Assembly: GCF_004010195.1 (NCBI RefSeq)
Contig: NC_057718.1
Location: 91,059,353 to 91,123,352, forward strand
Reading direction: 5' to 3'
Length of the DNA stretch: 64,000 nucleotides
From: Chiloscyllium plagiosum
Lineage: Eukaryota
In this document: positions 59,701 through 64,000 of the stretch, in pieces
Layout: every line of letters begins with the position of its first letter
Numbering within the stretch: position 1 is the stretch's first letter
The notes under the pieces: generated by a model
Told to the model about the DNA's origin: nothing
Seen by the model: only the letters and a program-made list of their open reading frames with translations
The model's database searches: none
Translations under genes and position numbers: made by a program

Positions 59701-61821
59701 TCTCCCTTTGTTTTGACTCACCTATCTGTTTGAACTCAATTTTATTAGCTACCACTATGACCATGCTGAATTTGACTTTTAGTTCAATCATGTCAGCACT
59801 CCATGCCCTAGTTGATTATCTAATCTATTTAGACTGTGGTTTCTACTTTTTTAATAATTCATTTGTGGGATGTGGGCGTCGCTGGCTGTGCCAGCATTTA
59901 TTGCCCGTCCCTAGTTGCCCTTGAGAAGGTGGTGGTGAGCTGCCTTCTTGAACCGCTGCAGTCCACGTGTTGTGGGTAGACCCACAATGCCATTATGGAT
60001 GGAATTCCAGGATGTTGCCTCAGCGCTTTCAATGTTATGTCTGTAGGTGCTAATTATTGGAGGCTCTTTCTATTGCTTATGAACATTTTTTGACATGAGT
60101 CACTCACTTATGCTTCAATTTCTTGCTTGTCCCTCTTTTACAGTGCGATGGCCTCGCTGTATGTGGCTGCAAACAGCTGGATGTTGCAAAGCCAAGTTTG
60201 AGTCTACCAAAGGGTTGGTAATGAGAAACCTACAAGGCAATGTGGGTTCCTATGACAGAAATGTTAAGGGCCACAAGGACCTCAGCAGCCATTGCATCAC
60301 CTTGCATTATTACGGGTTTGAAGCTGGAAAGTGCATCAACTGACAAAGACCGAGTATGGTACACTTTAGTGATTGTTTACAAAGTAGTACGCTTGTCAAA
60401 TCAGTCACTGAAACCCAGGGACAAGGAAGAGGGAGACAAAACCACATGTGTTTTGGGATTAGCCTGGCTAACTCAAATGTCTTTAATTAAAAACAAATGC
60501 TACACAGAACCGGAAAAGTTCTTCCTTCATTTTGGAGAAATGCAGGAATGTTGTTATTTTCAGGCCAGTTAAGTGTGGTTTGTTTGCGGGTTTTCTTTTA
60601 CCATATGACAAACAAGTTAGATGTGCAAGAGGCAAAATAGACTGGTATTAGGCTCATGATAGGGGAACACATTTAAGTCCATTGTGCTGTTGTGCAGAAA
60701 CCCTGTGCGTCAATACAGAACAGCCCCAGGAGTTTAATCAACACATCACTGACTCAAAGTACAGCTGTTCTGCTGCATGAGTCACAGTTTTAGGCACCAT
60801 CACTGAGTGCAGGCTTAGTGTGTTTGTACGCTTAACCATAGTATTTTAACTTTAAAATATGTCCACAAACAACAGGGTTCAGCTTCAATTATTTGGAATG
60901 TCTACTATTTAATCTTTCCCCATTCTGTAGAAACAAAACTGCTTGCTGTCATTAGGTTAAGTGACTTTGCTCTCAGAGCCCAGCTCTCTATTAGTATTGG
61001 CTAATGGTGATGTTTTAGGGGTAGGAAGGCTGTTGGAGACAGAGAAATCAATTGCAGCCTGGGTGGAATTCTTCATTTGTGTAAACAGGAAGATAATCCT
61101 GGCCTCAGTGCAATCAAGCGGATTTATTGGATTTCAGTCCTGACTCATGGGTGCAGTGCTGTGGAAACACAATTCTTTGAAAGGTTTTAAAGAGTGGGAA
61201 CAGTGCATCAGAAGCACCCCATTTTCTGCAGCTGCTTCCCCTTAGTAAAACCTGAAAATATATTTTCTTTTACGGGCTCTATCATAATCGCTAGTCAAGG
61301 ACCTGTGTGGAGATTGCTCAGCTGATGCTCTCTACATTAAGCGTATGTAATTATCAAATCATACTTTTCTTGAGTATCTTATGGTAATGGGCCGGAGGAG
61401 TGGCAGGGGTGGGGTGACCCAGCTCTTCTGCTTTTTCGAGGAGGTGGATTGAGATTGGCAGGTTCATCATCGCCCTGTGCCTGCCTCCAGTTTAACTTCA
61501 TCCTTAAATCTAAAAGATCTCAGGCTGGTTTCCCTGAGACTGCAAGAAACCTGACAGTCAAAGGGAGACAAGGACCGTCCCATCCTTTATTGGGAGCTAG
61601 AGGGAACGTAACCACTTTCCCTTGCCTCCATGTGATGGGAATCTGATGATGATGCAATGAATCAACCCACAAAATGAATCCCGTGTTCAGTCGGGCACAA
61701 GATTCCTTGGGTCCACTGAGCCTTTCTTAGGTGGCTGGAGATTAGATAAAACCATTCTATGCAATTGGAGAATGGGAGTCAGGGGCAGTGCGTGTATGGA
61801 GTGAACCAACATGAGGGTCAT

Positions 61822-62158
61822 ATAATCCCCACATTGTGGAAACAGGCCCTTCGGCCCAACAAGTCCACACCAACCCTCCGAAGTTTTCCATTTCCCTACC
61901 CTGTTAGTCTGCATTTACCCCTGACTAATGCACCTAATCTACACATCCCTGAACACTATGGGCAACTTACTGTGGTCAATCCACCCTAACCTGCGCATCT
62001 TTGGACCGTGGGAGGAAACCAGAGCACCTGGAGGAAACCCACGCAGACATGGGGAGAATGTGCAAACTCCAGACAGACAGTCGCCCAAGTCTGGAATCGA
62101 ACCCAGGTCCCTGGCGCTGTGAGGCAGCAGCACTAACCACTGAGCCACCATGCTGCCC
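61822..62158 (-). mobile_element. Full-length HE1-type SINE
   Basis: Reverse complement gives GGGCAGCATGGTGGCTCAGTGGTTAG...GGTTCGATTCC, core and tail. Confidence 0.9.
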
Positions 62159-64000
62159 TCAGGTCTTCCTGTGATTAAAGGTCACCTGACTGAAACAGGA
62201 ATCACACTCATTGTCAGCTGAGAACAGGAATAGGGGACTAGAGGGTGGCAGGAGGCCTTCATTCTCCTCACCAGGAATTGATGAAATGGCTCCTGATGAC
62301 ACACCAAGAAGTCAGGGAATTGGATAAGCCTTCACAGTTCTGAGGAGCAGTGTGGGAGCTTGGGGCGGATTCATCCAAAGTTTCTTTGTTTGACCCCCAA
62401 TGAGGACTCTCGCTTTTCCTGGCCATGATGAAATGGTAAAAACAAGCCTTTGAAAAGATAACCTTCTGGTTCCAGATCAACTTGCAGCAGATTTTTTCGG
62501 GCTGGAAAGTCATGAGAGCCTCTGCATGTAGCAGTTGGGTCCAGTTGGGATCTGGTAGAATCATTGGGCTAAATCTTCATATTTAAAGTAAGATCAGACT
62601 GCAGACCAGTGGGCAAATCTCCTGTTGTCATGCCAACCCTGCAATATCATTGTATAATTGTAGGAGTGGCTATGTCTCATAGTGCTCAGATCCAAAAGCA
62701 GTAAGTCCTCATTTTAAGTCACTTTGCTTTGCGTGATTTCACTTTAAAGTTGTACAGTCTTTAAGGGCCAGCATTCCTAATTTTCTTCGTCATTTTCAAT
62801 TCAGCATCCGTGTTGATTTCTTTCCTTTCTGCTTACATTGGTGTGATGTCAGGTCCCATGACCCATCTACACTATTCAGTAGCAAATACGATAATAGATC
62901 ATTGTGCTCAAGGGGACTGCATTCATTTTAAACTCAAAAACGATGTTCTCAAGTAAGGATATCCAAACCAATTTTGTGTTAGAAGGAGGATGTTGAAGTC
63001 TATGGACTGCACATTTCTCTGAAGAATGGCCCATTTCTTCAATCTGTGAAGGGAATTCCTGCTGAGAAAGCTCTGTGAGAAAGAGAGGTATTTGGTACCG
63101 AACACAGGTAAAATTAATTCCCTTGTTTTGGGGTGTATCTAGGTGAAAAATACAGGCTAAGTACAGAAGATTGTCCCTGCAATATTCCGACCCCATTTTG
63201 GAGTCGTCAAGTCTGACCCTTATAGCAGGTGAAGTTAGGAGGCCGTTTTAAGTTGACGGAGCTTAAATTCGAGGTATCAATCACACAAAGGTGTCTCTCC
63301 ATGACAATGCTTTAGGGATGTTTCAAAGCATAACTGAAGAGGTCAGATATCCACATCATATGATCACAAATTGGAAAAAACATCCATTTAGGAAAGCATT
63401 AAATTCATGCAGTGAGATTTTCCCAGGACTGGACAATAATGAGATAGTGGAAAAATACGACTAGAAAGAAAAATTTAGATTCCCAATGTTGAGAAAAAGA
63501 TTTCTGAGTTTTCCTTTAAGGATTTAGCAGCGAATTCTGAATCTTGCTCAGGTGCAGAGACAGTCTTATGTCCATGCAGTTGGATCTCATTATTAGCTCA
63601 TCTCACCTCGTTTCTACACAGCTCCCAATTCTCCACCCCTTTATTCAGAAGCTAGATGATGCCAATTCCCAATATGGAGGTCAAAGTGGTTTCTGCCACC
63701 ACAGATCACTGTTTTCTTCTCTGGGCTTTCACCTACTACCCGGTCATCATCATTTCCCTACCTGCACCATGGATACATTCTCTTCTACCCTTCATCCATG
63801 CAAGTGGGCATCGCCAAATACCAGCCTTACCACATCGTCAAGGCTGCTTTGACCCACACACTATAGCAGTCATTCAGGAATTCACTTTGGAGCTTATGGA
63901 CACATATCACCTTGCATGCCTCTGCCAGCTCACTTTGGCCGGAGGGACAGACAGACAGACATCTTGGGTATCTTCACAAGGTGCCTCTTAGCTTGATTTT

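Noticed and set aside
45600..64000. A downstream neighbour gene such as NAA20
   Set aside because: I found no recognisable exon or CpG-island promoter. Small exons could have been missed by eye.

Overview
This is vertebrate genomic DNA. HE1-type SINEs, CR1/HER1-type LINEs and Penelope-like elements point to an elasmobranch, most likely a shark (inference from repeat content). The one host gene I can support is RIN2, a Rab5 GEF with SH2, proline-rich, VPS9 and RA domains, on the + strand. Eight GT-AG coding exons from 5812 to the stop at 40545 splice in frame to 746 codons plus a stop; the 5' exons lie upstream of the window. The rest is intronic or intergenic DNA dense in transposon relics: a near full-length decayed CR1 interrupted by a TA-flanked Tigger-like MITE, many CR1 3' fragments, HE1 SINEs, an L2 fragment split by a solo LTR, two Harbinger Myb/SANT remnants, a Ty1/Copia RT remnant, Penelope GIY-YIG remnants and a 767-nt assembly gap. 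Three observations stand out. (1) About ten minimal hammerhead-ribozyme-like motifs with variable but still paired stem II sit in Penelope termini. (2) A family of tiny fold-back Penelope-derived insertions has 15-16 bp target-site duplications. (3) This RIN2 SH2 domain keeps the canonical FLVR arginine that human RIN2 lacks. Repeat boundaries are approximate and all family assignments come from motif recognition, not database searches.
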